NCBI RefSeq assembly: GCF_009914755.1
Contig: NC_060928.1
DNA: 64,000 nt
Source of the DNA: the human T2T-CHM13v2.0 reference genome, Homo sapiens
Strand: one strand, 5' to 3'
Under the pieces are notes generated by a model, which was not told the origin of the DNA, did not search any database, and worked only from the letters and a program-made list of their open reading frames with translations. Below, piece after piece: positions 1-14,349 of this stretch (positions within the stretch are counted from its first letter, which is position 1; every line of letters begins with the position of its first letter). A program made the position numbers and the translations under genes.

Positions 1-1704
1 CTTCAGATCTCTTCATTCTACATCAATAGACCAAATTCTCTTTTACAACTTACACTGGATATTCATCATAAAGGCTGTTTTCAGAGACATCTTAGGCATG
101 AGTTAGCCTTAGATTTATTAACAAAGTGACAGCCTGAAAAATTTCTTTACAATTATCAAAGTTACATTCTTCTTTAATGAACTCTAGAGAAATACATTAT
201 TGGTTTGTAATATTGACTTGGTTTGATTATTAAATGAAACATACCCTCCTTTCCCCTTTATTGATACATCTGTATACATGTACTTATTTCATATGTATGT
301 GTATGTGTAAATATAATTAATCCATACTTTAATTTTTAATTTTAGTATGTAGAAAAAAACTAGAATTAAGATTTGCTTACTTTATTAGTAAAAATTGAGT
401 TTTGAGAATATACGCTCTATCTCTTGTCATAGATGTTTTATTTTCTTACTCTTCTATAATAGAGTTGAAAATACAGATTACAATGGAGTCATCTTATTAT
501 AGGGTATTTTCAGTGGGCAAAAATTTACTAAAAGTGGCAGAAAAGAACATCACACTTTTCATGATAAAGGAAGACAATAAAACATGAATGTGAAAAAGCT
601 GAAGAGTTGTAATTTTTTCATTCCCTCTCTTTTCTTAGGGAAAAAAAAACGGGTAACCCAGACACTTTTACTCTGTGAAGTATTTTTATTAAGTGGAAGC
701 ACTCTTGTTTATTTTTCTCAGTAATTAAGAAATATTTGGAGTTAAATGGGAGTATTCTGCCATATAATTTTTATGGGTACTATGGAACTGAGAAGGACTA
801 ATAAAGGTACTATAGTAATTTTAATACTTAAACCTTAGGTACTTAGTATCCCAGTATCTTTAATTGTAGTGAAAAAGGAGATTGCCTTGAGTTCCTTGTC
901 AGTAAAGATTTAGAATGATTCTATAGTCACTGGGCCTATAGTGGCTGGGTTGGTGGGGTTTGGGGGAAGTTCAGCAAAATTGAGCAATGAGTAAATTTAT
1001 GCCCCAGGTTTCCAGTGATTGAGAATGTGAAGGATGAAATTAGCTTTTTCTTTATGACTAATTGATTTTACACTTACTTGTTTTCTTAAAAGTATACTTT
1101 TGTTCATTTTAAATGGCAACTTAAAGATATGGATGCATAGGACTTCCTATTTCCTGTTGAAATTAATATCATTTGTTGAAATAGTCAAATGTCAAAATCA
1201 TAGTATTTTAGGGATAACATTTACCTAAATATAAAAATAACTTAAAACAATTTTATATAGAAGAGGGTACACTTTGAATAGCTAAACTAATTTTCACTGC
1301 TTTGTTTTTGTTACGGTTATTTGAGCAGCAGGTTGGTCTGTGTCTTATTTGTTATAACAAATAAAATTTGAAATAGCTTAGCTAAAGAAAATATAAACAC
1401 AGGTGACAACATTTCTTCTCCCTTTGCACTGTATATAGTGAACCTTTTATCACTAAAATCTTTTAATGTGTTCATTTTAGTTGGGCATATTCCCAGATTT
1501 CTTTACCGTTCATTGTCCTTATTTCCCCTCTGAAAAAAATGAGCAACCTGATGTAAATGAGAATTAAAGCATGTCTGTTGAACATCCTCACAAAAGTTCA
1601 TTAGTAGTGATATTAAGAAGTTTTTTCAAAAAAAAAAAGGAAATATGGATAACTTTAAAATGTCTTCTAGCTGTTTCTCAGAGCAAGACTAGTTAGGGAC
1701 TATC

Positions 1705-3062
1705 TTTTTTTAATTATTATTATACTTTAAGTTGTAGTGTACATGTGCACAACGTGCAGGTTTGTTACATATGTATACATGTGTCATATTGGTGTGCTGC
1801 ACCCATTAACTCATCATTTACATTAGGTATATCTCCTAATGCTATCCCTCCCCCCTCCCCCTACCCCACTACAGGCCCGGTTGTGTGATGTTCCCTATCC
1901 TGTGTCCAAGTGTTCTCATTGTTCAATTCCCACCTATGAGTGAGAACATGCAGTGTTTGGTTTTCTGTCCTTGTGATAGTTTGCTGAGAATGATGGTTTC
2001 CAGCTTCATCCATGTCCCTACAAAGGACATGAACTCATCATTTTTTATGGCTACATAGTATTCCATGGTGTATATGTGCCACATTTTCTTAATCCAGTCT
2101 ATCATTGATGGACATTTGGGTTGGTTCCAAGTCTTTGCTATTGTGAATAGTGCCACAATTAACATACGTGTGCATGTGTCTTTATAGCAGCATATGATTT
2201 ATAATCCTTTGGGTATATACCCAGTAATGGGATTGCTGGCTCAAATGGTATTTCTAGTTCTAGATCCCTGAGGAATCGCCACACTGACTTCCACAATGGT
2301 TGAACTAGTTTACAGTCCCACCAACAGTGTAAAAGTGTTCCTGTTTCTCCACATCCTCTCCAGCACCTGTTGTTTCCTGACTTTTTAATGATTGCCATTC
2401 TAACTGGCGTAAGATGGTATCTCATTGTGGTTTTGATTTGTGTTTCTCTGATGGCCAGTGATGGTGAGCATTTTTTCACATATCTGTTGGCTGCATAAAT
2501 GTCTTCTTTTGTGAAGTGTCTGTTCATATCCTTTGCCCGCTTTTTTATGGGGTTGTTTGATTTTTTCTTGTAAATTTGTTTAGTTCTTTGTAGATTCTGG
2601 ATATTAGCCCTTTGTCAGATGGATAGATTGCAAAAATTTTCTCCCGTTCTGTAGGTTGCCTGTTCACTCTGATGGTAGTTTCTTTTGCTGTGCAGAAGCT
2701 CGTTAGTTTAATTAGATCCCATTTGTTTAATTAGATCCCATTTGTCAATTTTTGCTTTTGTTGCCATTGCTTTTGGTGTTTTAGTCATGAAGTCCTTGCC
2801 GATGCCTATGTCCTGAATGGTATTGCCTAGGTTTTCTTCTAGGGTTTTTATAGTTTTAGGTCTAACATTTAAGTCTTTAATCCATCTCCAATTAATTTTT
2901 GTATAAGGTGTAAGGAAGGGATCCAGTTTCAGTTTTCTACATATGGTTAGCCAGTTTTCCCAGTACCATCTGTTAAATAGGGAATTCTTTCTCCATTTCT
3001 TGTTTTTGTCAGGTTTGTCAAAGATTAGATGGTTGTAGATGTGTGGTATTATTTCTGAGGGC
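1705..3062 (-). mobile_element. L1PA-type LINE-1, 5'-truncated (3' UTR plus end of ORF2), frameshifted
   Basis: Poly(T) then the L1 3' UTR; minus-strand ORFs 1923-2165, 2159-2527 and 2708-3145 translate as the ORF2p C-terminus (CWRGCGE...HCWWDC). Confidence 0.95.
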
Positions 3063-4453
3063 ACATCAGAGTCATCTGGAAGTCCTAGAACACAGGGTTT
3101 GAAGAAACCCAGGATAGAATGGGGTTGAAGATGACCTGCTCCCACATTGGTTTAAATACTCTACTCTTATAATTTATATGATTTTATCATTCCTACCCCT
3201 AAGGAACCTGAGTACTGAAATATATTGAAATAACTACTCAGGGTTCCACAGGAGCTCTCGAAATTTAGCAGTGGGTGGAAGGCGGGAATCTGACTTAGAA
3301 GTGAAACTGCTGCTAGTAACCCATCTATAAAAATAACCCAAGTTAGGAAATAGTTAGTACATGTGATTATGAAAACTATAATCTGGCCAGTTGTGACCTT
3401 TGTGAAGAAAGTTACGTAAAGAGAAGGGATTAGTAAGAGCTGTAGCATTGTGGTCAGAAAACTCCAGAACCAGTAACTTGGATTTACAATCTGGCTTCAT
3501 CACTCATTCGCTGTGTGACCCTGGCTGTGTGGTCTTTTAACATGGAATCTTCATTTGTAAAATGGAGGTAATACGGTTGTGTGAAGATTAAATGAGGTAA
3601 AACCTATAAAGTACTTAGAATAATACACAACCCATAAATACAATTCTTATATTTTTGTAGGAAGTTTTTATCCACACTATCCAGGAGGTAAGGAAAATTA
3701 AACCTGTTACACACGTGAGGCAGAGACAGTACACTTGAGTACACTTGATGTTTCCCTTTCCTTTAGGTGACTGTCCTTAAGTTGGTTTGCCTTTTCCATC
3801 CCCTACGGTTCCATACTCAGCAGCAACCTTCTTTTTACTAGTTCATTATTAGAGTGAAAAAACAACAGTAATGATATCATTAGTTAAAATGGAAGGCTCC
3901 CTTTGTTCCAGGCAGTGTTCGAAACTCTTCATTTATGATCTCATTGAATCCTCACAATAATGTAAGAGTGCTGCCTCCACATACTAAAGAAATCAGGACA
4001 TAGAGAGGTAAAGTAACTTTCTCACAGTCACAAGCTAACGCCTGGTGGAGCCATTGGCAGGTTTTTCTTGTACGTGCAGATGCATGCGCACGCACAGGTC
4101 TATTTGGGGAAGCTGCATGAAACACCTTCCTTTGTACATAGGTTAAAGGATGGACAATTCCTTTTGTTTTCAGTGTGTCCTGTGGATTATAATTCTAATC
4201 AGAAAGTCCTCGAACAGTTTATTCCTCCCTCAACATTTAGAAGTGATTTTCTTTCAAGTAAGTTTCAAAGGGCTTTCATAAGTGCCATGTCGTAACTGCT
4301 ACCATCCCTGACATAAAATGTAGAGTAACTTTACCTTGATCTCAATGGAAATAAAAGCAGTATATTTTATTGTTCCTCAGTCTTAGCCAGAATTGCAAGA
4401 ATACAATTTTGTTTTGAAGAACTACTCTTTAACTCTTTATATCCACATCCACA

Positions 4454-4766
<313 letters not shown>

Positions 4767-5756
4767 TATATGCACATTTTCTCTTGTTAATTTAACCTTT
4801 TAGGAGCAGGTCACCATGCTTATCTGAAATTTCCCATCCATATGGTTCGCCAGAGGTCTTTCATGTTATCCTTTTTTTAGACTTGGATTTAGAAAATAAT
4901 CCTGCTTTGACTTACTATTTGGGTGATATGATTGCTCTCTTAATTTGTTTCTAGTTAGATAAGTAATTTATAGGGAGCTAATTTTAGTATATAGCCGGAT
5001 GAAGGAGTTTTCTCAGCCAGACTGACTTAGCAACATTGTCTTAGCCATTTAAAATACATATAAATAAATAATAATTAGGTTTGTCTTTATTACGGTTTTG
5101 ACTGTGAAATAATAATTAGACCTTTTAGAAAGCTGTATTAAGATATATTTTAACCTAGCCACAACGGAGCACCCTGAAATCCACTGATGATGGATTCTTC
5201 TTTCTTGGCACTGCTAGTGGCACTATATTCGGTCTCTACTCTCTGAAAAGAGTGTATGTCTGATCATGATGGCTGTGGTGTTAGAGTAGGTAGGACAAGA
5301 GCACTTCCCTGAAGGAGTTCGTGTCAAGTGCTGGCTTTATTAGTCACAGGTATATACATTACTCCTTTCTCTGTATTGTTCCCTCCTTTAAGTGTCATCC
5401 AAAGCTGCTATGGAAAAAGATATTGTCGTCAAGTTTGTTTATAATAAAGTTAATGAGTGACTTTGAATTGTGAACCCTGAGCCTGAGAACAAACTGGATC
5501 TATATTGAAGTGTCATACATAGTGTAGCAAAACTTATTAACAATACTCATTGTATATTATCTTCAAGCATTTTAATAAGCATATTTAAAACAAAATCTTG
5601 ATTTTTTTCAACTGTGGACCTCTACACAGCAATAGGAAAGAACTATTCCAACTAGGTTTTTTGTGTAGTAAAACAGTAAAGTACTTTATTTACCAAGGAC
5701 CTTGATTTGAGTTCTTGTTCTGATGTTAGCTAGCTGGACAATGCGTAGACAAGTAA

Positions 5757-6074
<318 letters not shown>

Positions 6075-6171
6075 ATCATTTAACTTCTTAAAGTTATTGA
6101 TTTCTCCCTTCAAAATGGAGATCATGATTGTAATACTGGTCTTACCTCACAATATTGTTTTGAAAATTATT

Positions 6172-6494
<323 letters not shown>

Positions 6495-7237
6495 TTAATA
6501 GTTACAGTAATAATTAAAATTATTTTATTAAGTGCTCTGTGTGTGTTTGTGTGTGTGATTTTCTTTAGTCATCTTACAATATTAGGAGCAAAATGGGGTT
6601 CTGCTCCTCATTCTATAGATGAAAACTTGAGGTTTAAATGAGAAAACTGGAGTTCATGTCATCAGAATCTTTTTGCAAACTGTAAAGCTTATGTGAATGC
6701 CAGTTATTGTTGTTAGATTGTAATGCTCGAGTCATTCCTATGTGGGTTGGAACCCAACTCTTCTCTGTAGCTGTGTGACAGTAGGCAGATTGCTTCAATG
6801 TTCAGAACCATTTTTCCTGATCTGTCAAATACTGTTAATGATGCATACTTCATAGGTTTTTGCAGGAATTACATATCTGGCACATGGCCTGACACACGGT
6901 GGCATCCATGAATTTGACTCCTGCTTTTTCAGCTAGGATATTTTCATTTTCTTGATTTTTAAATAGAATGTTGATGGTGATTCAGAGATTTATTTTTCTT
7001 TATTTGATTTTAACTTCATAGAACATGATTTTCTGTTGGACATCTTAGCTTAATTACGATTTAAGATCCTTTATTAACTACTCTTTACACATTGATGCTG
7101 GTTTGCAAAATAGCTCATAAAAGATCATAATTGATATGAAAAATTTCTATTATTTTTTCCCTAAGTACTTCAATTTTTTCCCACTTATTAAGTGATTTTG
7201 TGCAAGTCGAGCTGCTTAGTAAGACCTGTCTTTGTAG

Positions 7238-7424
7238 TCATTTCGTGTGTGTGTGTTTGCAAGGAGGTATTTTTAGATAGTTTAGCTGAACAGCAATCTG
7301 ACGTCTTTAGAGGAGACATCAGTTCATTATGTGGATACAAATTCTATGCTTTCGGCTTTTATACACCAAGTCTTAATTTAAATCTGTTTTTCTTGCCTTT
7401 TCTAACGAAAGAGACTACATCATG
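7238..7424 (+). other. RAPGEF2: Candidate alternative first exon of RAPGEF2 ending in ATG|gtatgt (5' boundary uncertain)
   Basis: Non-repetitive sequence; Inr-like TCATTTC at 7238; ATG 7422-7424 with A at -3, followed directly by GTATGT; phase 0 matches exon A; in-frame TAA upstream at 7374-7376. Confidence 0.6.
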
Positions 7425-9264
7425 GTATGTATTCTATTTCTTCCTAAGGCTTGCCTTTCTGGTTAACCTTTGCTTAAGAAATGATCAAGGTAGAAATGTC
7501 TTTATTTGCTCACAACTTAATATAGATTATAGAAGCATGGGATTTGGGGCTGTATTTAAATATGCCATTATACATTATGCTATACAGTGTTTTTCTATTG
7601 CAATGTGATTCAAGGATTTAAAATAGTTATTATGGGGCTCATAAATGCTGCGTTCTTTTAAGAAGAAGAATGTAAAGGCCAGGATGTGGGAGTTCTATAC
7701 TTCCTATAACTGCACATACTGCTGTATCTGTTAAAAAAAATGCCTTTTTCTTTGTGAAAGATAATTTAATGTTGAGTATGTAAGAGGAGCATGGTTATTT
7801 GCTTTCTTACTGCTCTAAATACAGTGTTTATAGGAAGTTATAATATCTTCTTTTATCTGGTTCTCCTCACCCTTTTCAAAATACTGGGAAAACAAGCTCT
7901 TAATGCTTGAGCAAATTCATGTTAGTTGTTTGTGACCCTGATCTCAAAAGAGATAATACCTTTGGTTAATGATATACATAGTACCTTTGGTTAATGATAA
8001 ACGTCGAATTTTTTTTTCTAATTTTACTACAGCTAATGTTGAGAAACTATTCATATAGAACTTTAAAAGATTTTTAAAAAATAATTTTCCAATGTGTTCT
8101 TTATTTCTTTTCCAAAATTTAAGTTATATCTACTACATGTCGAAATGTCAAAGCTTGAGTGAAAACTTTTGTTATTGGTTCAGATGTGTTATCTGCATGG
8201 TGTGAAGCATCCAGGATTTAAAGCATGGTTTTTAGTTTTCAGTTTAGTTATTTGATAATGTGTGAATTCACTAGAATTTTAGAGATATTTTAATTATTAC
8301 AATGGAATTTCTCATATTTTATCTTATATCATAAACATGAATCATTATCAGAGAGAAATGAATTATCTAATGCCAAAGAAAGATGCATCTTAGAGTGTCA
8401 GGTTAATAATGGGCATCTGTATGAAGATGTGGAGATCTTTTATTCTTCAAGAAGAAAGCAAATAAGTTTTTTAATATATTGAAGGATCAAACAAGATATT
8501 TTTATAGTATGAAAAACAGAAAGAGGAAATCCTAAAGCCAGGACATTTTTTTAAAAAAACCCTTTCTTGTTCTTAAAAATTAGTGGTGTTATGTAACCAT
8601 TTAAGTATTTAGCTGAAGCCTGATATTAAGTGACTCAGATTCCTAGCTTCTTAATGATGCGTCTTTACAGTGAAATTCAAGCAGTTGCCAGATTCTTAAG
8701 CCATGAGTTCATTCTCCACCCCCCTCCCCAAATTTGCATGCAGTAAAAACTGAGAATCTGTGCCAAAAGAGGTGTTAGCACTGAAATTCTTACATGCTAA
8801 ATGTAACATTTGATTTTAGGCTGTTTCACAGTGAAATTGTATTTTAATTTAAGAAAAATGACCAATGTCAGGCTGAAGTTTCTTTATTGAAAAGTAACAT
8901 AAAAGCTCTGAAATCTGTCTTCATTGGCTCCTTTTAACTTCCCAATACACCGCACCAGAATAACAGTTGTTTTTTTAGAGTTTTCCCCAATCAGTGGAGA
9001 AAAGCACCTACCTTCGCCTAACGTAGTAACACAGTAATGTACTAACTCTATCAACTCTACTCTCGTGTAAGCCAAGTATTTTCTTGCCTCAGCCTTGATT
9101 TGGAGGGAGAAGCTTATGTAAGCCTTTTCTTGTACACATAACTCCAAGGAATCCTTCAGGAATTGTGAAATTGAGCACCTTAAGAATTTTTCCTAAGGGA
9201 TCATGGAGAAGTCAGGTTGGAAATATTAAGAATATAGTTAATGCCTACCTCCCACCGCCATGGA

Positions 9265-9265
<1 letters not shown>

Positions 9266-9301
<36 letters not shown>
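9266..9301. repeat. (AC)18 microsatellite
   Basis: Pure dinucleotide run, counted directly. Confidence 0.97.
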
Positions 9302-9303
<2 letters not shown>

Positions 9304-9535
9304 ATTGTAAATGAAACAGTGCCCTGGTGGGGGATACGCAGTGCCTGACTCCTCTGGATTTCATTCCAATAGACACTTTATCCCTTTTTTCCTGAATTAA
9401 GGTGATAAATCTTCATTTTTGGTTCAGTTCACTTCAAAATATCTCATAGATTTGAACCATCATTAACTGGAATATATGAAATATATAAAATTCTTGAAAA
9501 TTGTTTAAAGACATCTTTCCTTAACTTACTCTTCT

Positions 9536-9824
9536 ACCTGGGTGCGGTGGCTTCACGCCTGTAATCCCAACCCTTTGGGAGGCCAAGGCGGGAGATCACT
9601 TGAGCCCAAGAGTTGGAGACCAGCCTGGGCAACATAGGGAGACTTTGTCTCTACAAAAAAACTGAAAAATTAGCGGGGCGTGGTGGAGCATGCCTGTGGT
9701 TCCAGCTACTTGAGAGACTGAAGTAGGAGGATCACTTGAGCCCAGGAGGTTGAGACTGCAATGAGCCATGTTCCATTCTGGGTGACAGAGGGAGACCCTG
9801 TCTCAAAAAAAGAAAAGAAAAGAA
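9536..9824 (+). mobile_element. Alu (J-type)
   Basis: AluJ-like motifs (gatcacttgagcccaag); TSD tactcttct. Confidence 0.9.
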
Positions 9825-10699
9825 ACATACTCTTCTTGTGTTGACTGGAGATTTTTTCCACCTCTGTTACTTTTTTTATGTTCCAGTTTTCCATAGTTGG
9901 TAGAATACATTAGAATAAGCCCTATTTAGTCATATATGAAGGTATGTATATATCTAGTTTACATGAAGCTATCTAGTTTATAAGCACCAGAGAATCACAG
10001 ATATCAGATGTTGGCCTTCAAGTGAAGAGGACACATAACAAATATCAAAGTTTATGTCTGATTTATTTGGTGTGTTTTGTTATTGATGTTTTGGTTACTA
10101 TTTTCTTTTATTGATTTTAATCTGAATTCTATGAATTACAGTCTAAAGGGAGGATTCCATCTCAGGAGGTTTGCTAATCCTGTTGATAAAATTGAAAGCA
10201 TTAAAGAACAGAATTTATTTACAAAGCTACATTAATTCAAATGACAAATATCTATCCAAGTTCATATTTCACTTGAACTTTTATTAGGTTTCTATGTTTG
10301 GAGGAAGCACTAGGTGTTTCTCAAGTTCCTTAAGAGATTTATAAGCAAAAGTGTAGACGTTTAAGCAAACTTAACTTTAAAATATAAATGAATTCCTATT
10401 TTACATTCCTGTGGGGCTACATGTATGTAACTATTTTAAGTAAGGCTTAGCTCAAAAGGAAGAGAAATCTTGAGACCTTTTATCTACTTACCCCATGTGT
10501 TTATTGATTTCAAGAATCACTGTCTCATCACAGTACGGATCAGAATATTCCCTCCCTCATCATCATTGTCATCTTGATCATCATTGTTGTACTTGTATGT
10601 GTTAACTTGTAAGCACTCAATGAGCAGGTGAAAAGTTTTGCAAAGTTTTGCCCACAAAATGAGACATCAATTGGTTGATTATAATTTTAAAAATTAAGA

Positions 10700-11760
10700 C
10701 TCTATATTTAATTGCCCACTGGATATTTTGATGTGGATGTTGTCACAGATTTGACATGGCTAAAATACAACTCTTAACACTTAACTGTTCCCCCCAACCA
10801 CCACCACCACCACCACCACCACCACCACCACCACCACCACCACCACCACCAAATACTAACCCAAACCAACCAACCAACCATGCAGTCAACAAACTATTAG
10901 AGTCCCTAGTTTTCCTCATCTCAAATCACTGGGGTTGCCATCTATGCACATATTGAAACCCCAAACCTATGGATTATCTTTGGTTCCTCAGGTTGCTCAA
11001 ACCTCTGTATCCTTCAGCAAGTCTTATTTCTTCTACCTGCCTCACCATGAATTGATGTTCTTCTCTCCATCTCCATTATTACCACCCTGGTCCAAGCTAC
11101 CATCGTCTCACTTGTACCATTCCTAATGTTGTACTGTTCCAAATACCTAATAGTACTTGTACTATTCCTAGAGTTCCCCTTATTTCTCATCTGCCCTTCT
11201 TCTGCATGCTATTCTTCACATTTATAAAATATAAATCAGACTTATAAAATGTAGATCAAACTGTTATTTCTGTGATTTTAAAACTCCTCAGTAGCTCTCT
11301 ATTGCACTTGGACTAGAATGAATCTCCACTCCCTGGAGAACTATGCATGAACTAGCCCCACTTGTTCTTCTTACCTCTCATTGGACTTTTCTCCATCTTA
11401 CCCACTCTGCTTCCATTGCTTTGATCCTCCCTTTGTACATTTAACAGACCAAGCCATGGAGCCTTTTCCGTAGTTGTTTCTTTTGCTCAGAATTTTATCT
11501 GTGATGCTTACCTGGCTGGCTTCATGACTCTCAGATCTCAGCTATAGGAGGTTTTCCTCGGGCATTTCTGTTACACCATATTATTCTAATTCTCTGCCAA
11601 ACATTGATTATTATATTTTGGGTTTTTGTTTGTTGTTGTTCATGTTATTACTGCTTGATTATTATGTCTTTCCCCACTGGAATGCAAGCTTCGTGAGAGT
11701 ATGTACCTCATCTATTCAGTTCATCACTCTGTCTGTAATGTCTAGGATGTGTTTAATATA
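10700..11760 (+). mobile_element. L2 LINE remnant (old, approximate bounds)
   Basis: L2-like motifs (gtccaagctaccatc, ccccactggaatgcaagct, ttcagttcatcact). Confidence 0.6.
10798..10851. repeat. (CCA)18 trinucleotide repeat
   Basis: Pure run followed by a degenerate (CCAA)n; source of the poly-Pro ORF 10756..10956. Confidence 0.97.
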
Positions 11761-13239
11761 AAAAAGCCATTTGATAAGTAATTATGGAATGTGTAAGAGG
11801 AAAATTAATAAGAAGTACAAAAATGCAGGTATAGGCAACATGTCAGTAAGCTTAGAATTAGTAGATAATTGTTTCATCTTGAGAGGATTTTTTTTTTCTC
11901 TTTTGACTAGATTAAACTTAGATAAAATCAAATTTGGGTATAAAGACTGGAGGCAATAAGTAGCCAGTAAACATCAATCACTGAATATCCACATTAGCAA
12001 TCTTAATGATAAGTTAAGATTAACACTGTTAACTATTGCTATTGTTATGTCATGTGATTCTTTAATATTTAACATTTTAATAAAATATGGAAATAAATAT
12101 TGTTTACCTAAGCAGCAAAAAAATTTTGATATAAGCTTCTTAGGAATTTTAGATGATACGGAATTTTAGAAATACAGACATTCTATTTAGGAAGAATATT
12201 AATATGGATTATTTTGAAGATCAAACTGTCTTTGAAGGCCTTCAGTATAATTCAGTGCCAAAAATCACGTAAAGCTACTTGGATGTCTCCTTGAGTGATA
12301 GGACTTGACTATAAAGCATTATGAAAGTTATATGCTTCTCTAAGAGCAATTATATTTAATGTATGTATATCATGGAATTGAAGTAAAAATATGTTAATTT
12401 TTGTTTACATGCATAATAAATTGTTAATAAAGAATTCCAAGTTACTTTTCCTTCTTAGGATTTATGGGGGTTTGTGGAATACTTGTCTTTAAAATTAATA
12501 ATAGTTTACATTGTAGAAAATTTGGAAACTACTCAAATTAATATTTTTCTGTGATATAAAAGCAAAATCTAAATTCTACTTTAAGCAGTGGCATAGCTAA
12601 TTCACCTCTCTTGATATCGGTTCCTACAGCTGTGAAATGTGAAGATTATACTAAATGAATCCTCAAGCTCTTCCAGGTCTATGATTGTGCTTTATACAAA
12701 AACTTGTATTTGCATAATGCTTTATATTACCAGAATTCTTTCACATCTGTTTTCCATTTGTTCTCACAACTGTCTTGTTAGGTAGGCAGTACAGACCTTG
12801 TTATGTCTGTTCCACACTTGTGAGTAAACTGAACTACTAAGAATTTAAAATTATTTTCTTGAGTTAAACAGCCATCTTGGAACTAGCCATGTATTCTCTC
12901 TATAATTTCATATCATAATCTTTGACCTCCTGATGCTAATTCCTGGTGATGTTAAGTACTTAGTCAAAGTAAGTATCCATATTTCATAAGTTACCACTGC
13001 AGTAACTTGAGAATTTTAAAAATCTGACCTTGGAAATTTGGTTATCCACTCACATAATCTGTAGGAAGCCAGTACTAAAGTATTGTAGCGATTTGTGATA
13101 TATACCTAATCACCTTTATGGTGCTTCCAGCATATCAAATTTTTACTTTTTTAAAAAGTTGAATAGCTGAATACAGAGGCTTCTCTAAAGTACCTTCAGG
13201 TTAGGTTTTGAAAGGCGATTTTTAAGTTTGTTGTCCAGA

Positions 13240-14025
13240 TGGCATACCTCACTCCATTCTAACTTGTCTTCCTACTTCCATTCTAACCCCTTACAAGCCA
13301 TTTTCCCCACCCCCTGCCAGAATGATCTTATAAAACAAAACTGGGTCTTGTTAACTTCCTGTTTAAAAAACCCAGTGACTTCTCATTGCACTTACAGAGC
13401 CTACTTTTTGGTAGGCTTAATCCCTACTGCCTGACCCCATTTGTACCACTCAGCCTTTCTCACGCCTTACCTTCCAGTGCATGAACTCCTCAGAACCGTC
13501 AGATTCTGAGTGCATGTTTTCTCCCTCAACATTCTCACTCTTTACCTTCCAGTCACCTTGAAATTGTTTCTCGACCATTCCTAGGTTTATCCCACCTGAA
13601 GGTCTTTACTCTGGATATTCCTTCTGTCTGTAAAGCTTTCCTTCCACATCTTTGGCTGGATCCTTTGTATTTATTCACCTCTCACTTCAGATGTAATTTT
13701 CTCAGAGCAGCCTTCTCAGATCACCCAGTCTTAAATAGTATCCTCTCCATTCCCAGCCATCACCATCTATTACATGCTCTTCTTGTGGTATTGTCTCTAC
13801 AGTACTTACTGATAGCTGAAATCTTTTTTTAAAATTTTTTATTGTTACATATTCCTCCTTTCCCCTTCTCCCCTCAAGCCCCTCCTCTCTTTAAGGGTGT
13901 AAGTTTCAGGGAGCAGGGATTTTGCTAATCCTAGTCATTGCCATATCACTAGTTCCTATAACAGTGACCGGCTTGTTACAGGATGTCAGTAAATACTTGT
14001 TGGATAATTAAGTAGATGAATGAAT
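13240..14025 (+). mobile_element. L2 LINE remnant with 3' end (approximate bounds)
   Basis: Ends in cagtaaatacttgttggataattaagtagatgaatgaat, an L2-type tail. Confidence 0.65.
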
Positions 14026-14349
14026 CTTATGGTTCTGAGTAACTTTATATATCTTCATCTGACAGGCTTCTTGTTGAGATCTATGATAGGAAGTTAAAAA
14101 TATGTTGAGTTCAGAAGTTTTGTCATTAATTTTTTTGATGCTGGCTTCCAGGAAGGCTAAACTAAATTTATTGCATAACTACAGTTGCTGTTCATTGTGT
14201 TTTAGTTTTATTCTGGTGATCTTACCTATAATTGCTGATGGAAGGGGGTGACTATAGAGCTGGTAAGGAAAAGAACATTGGGATCAAACAGTCCCTGTTC
14301 AATTTCTCTCAGCCTCAATATCTTCTACTTTAAACTAGGTAGGGTTACC

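Noticed and set aside
7192-7608. 138-aa plus-strand ORF over the candidate first exon
   Set aside because: GTG start, F/L/C-rich low-complexity composition typical of T-rich DNA, and a different frame from the ATG|GT exon.
10756-10956. Poly-proline ORF
   Set aside because: Produced by the (CCA)18 repeat within an L2 remnant; no splice or promoter support.
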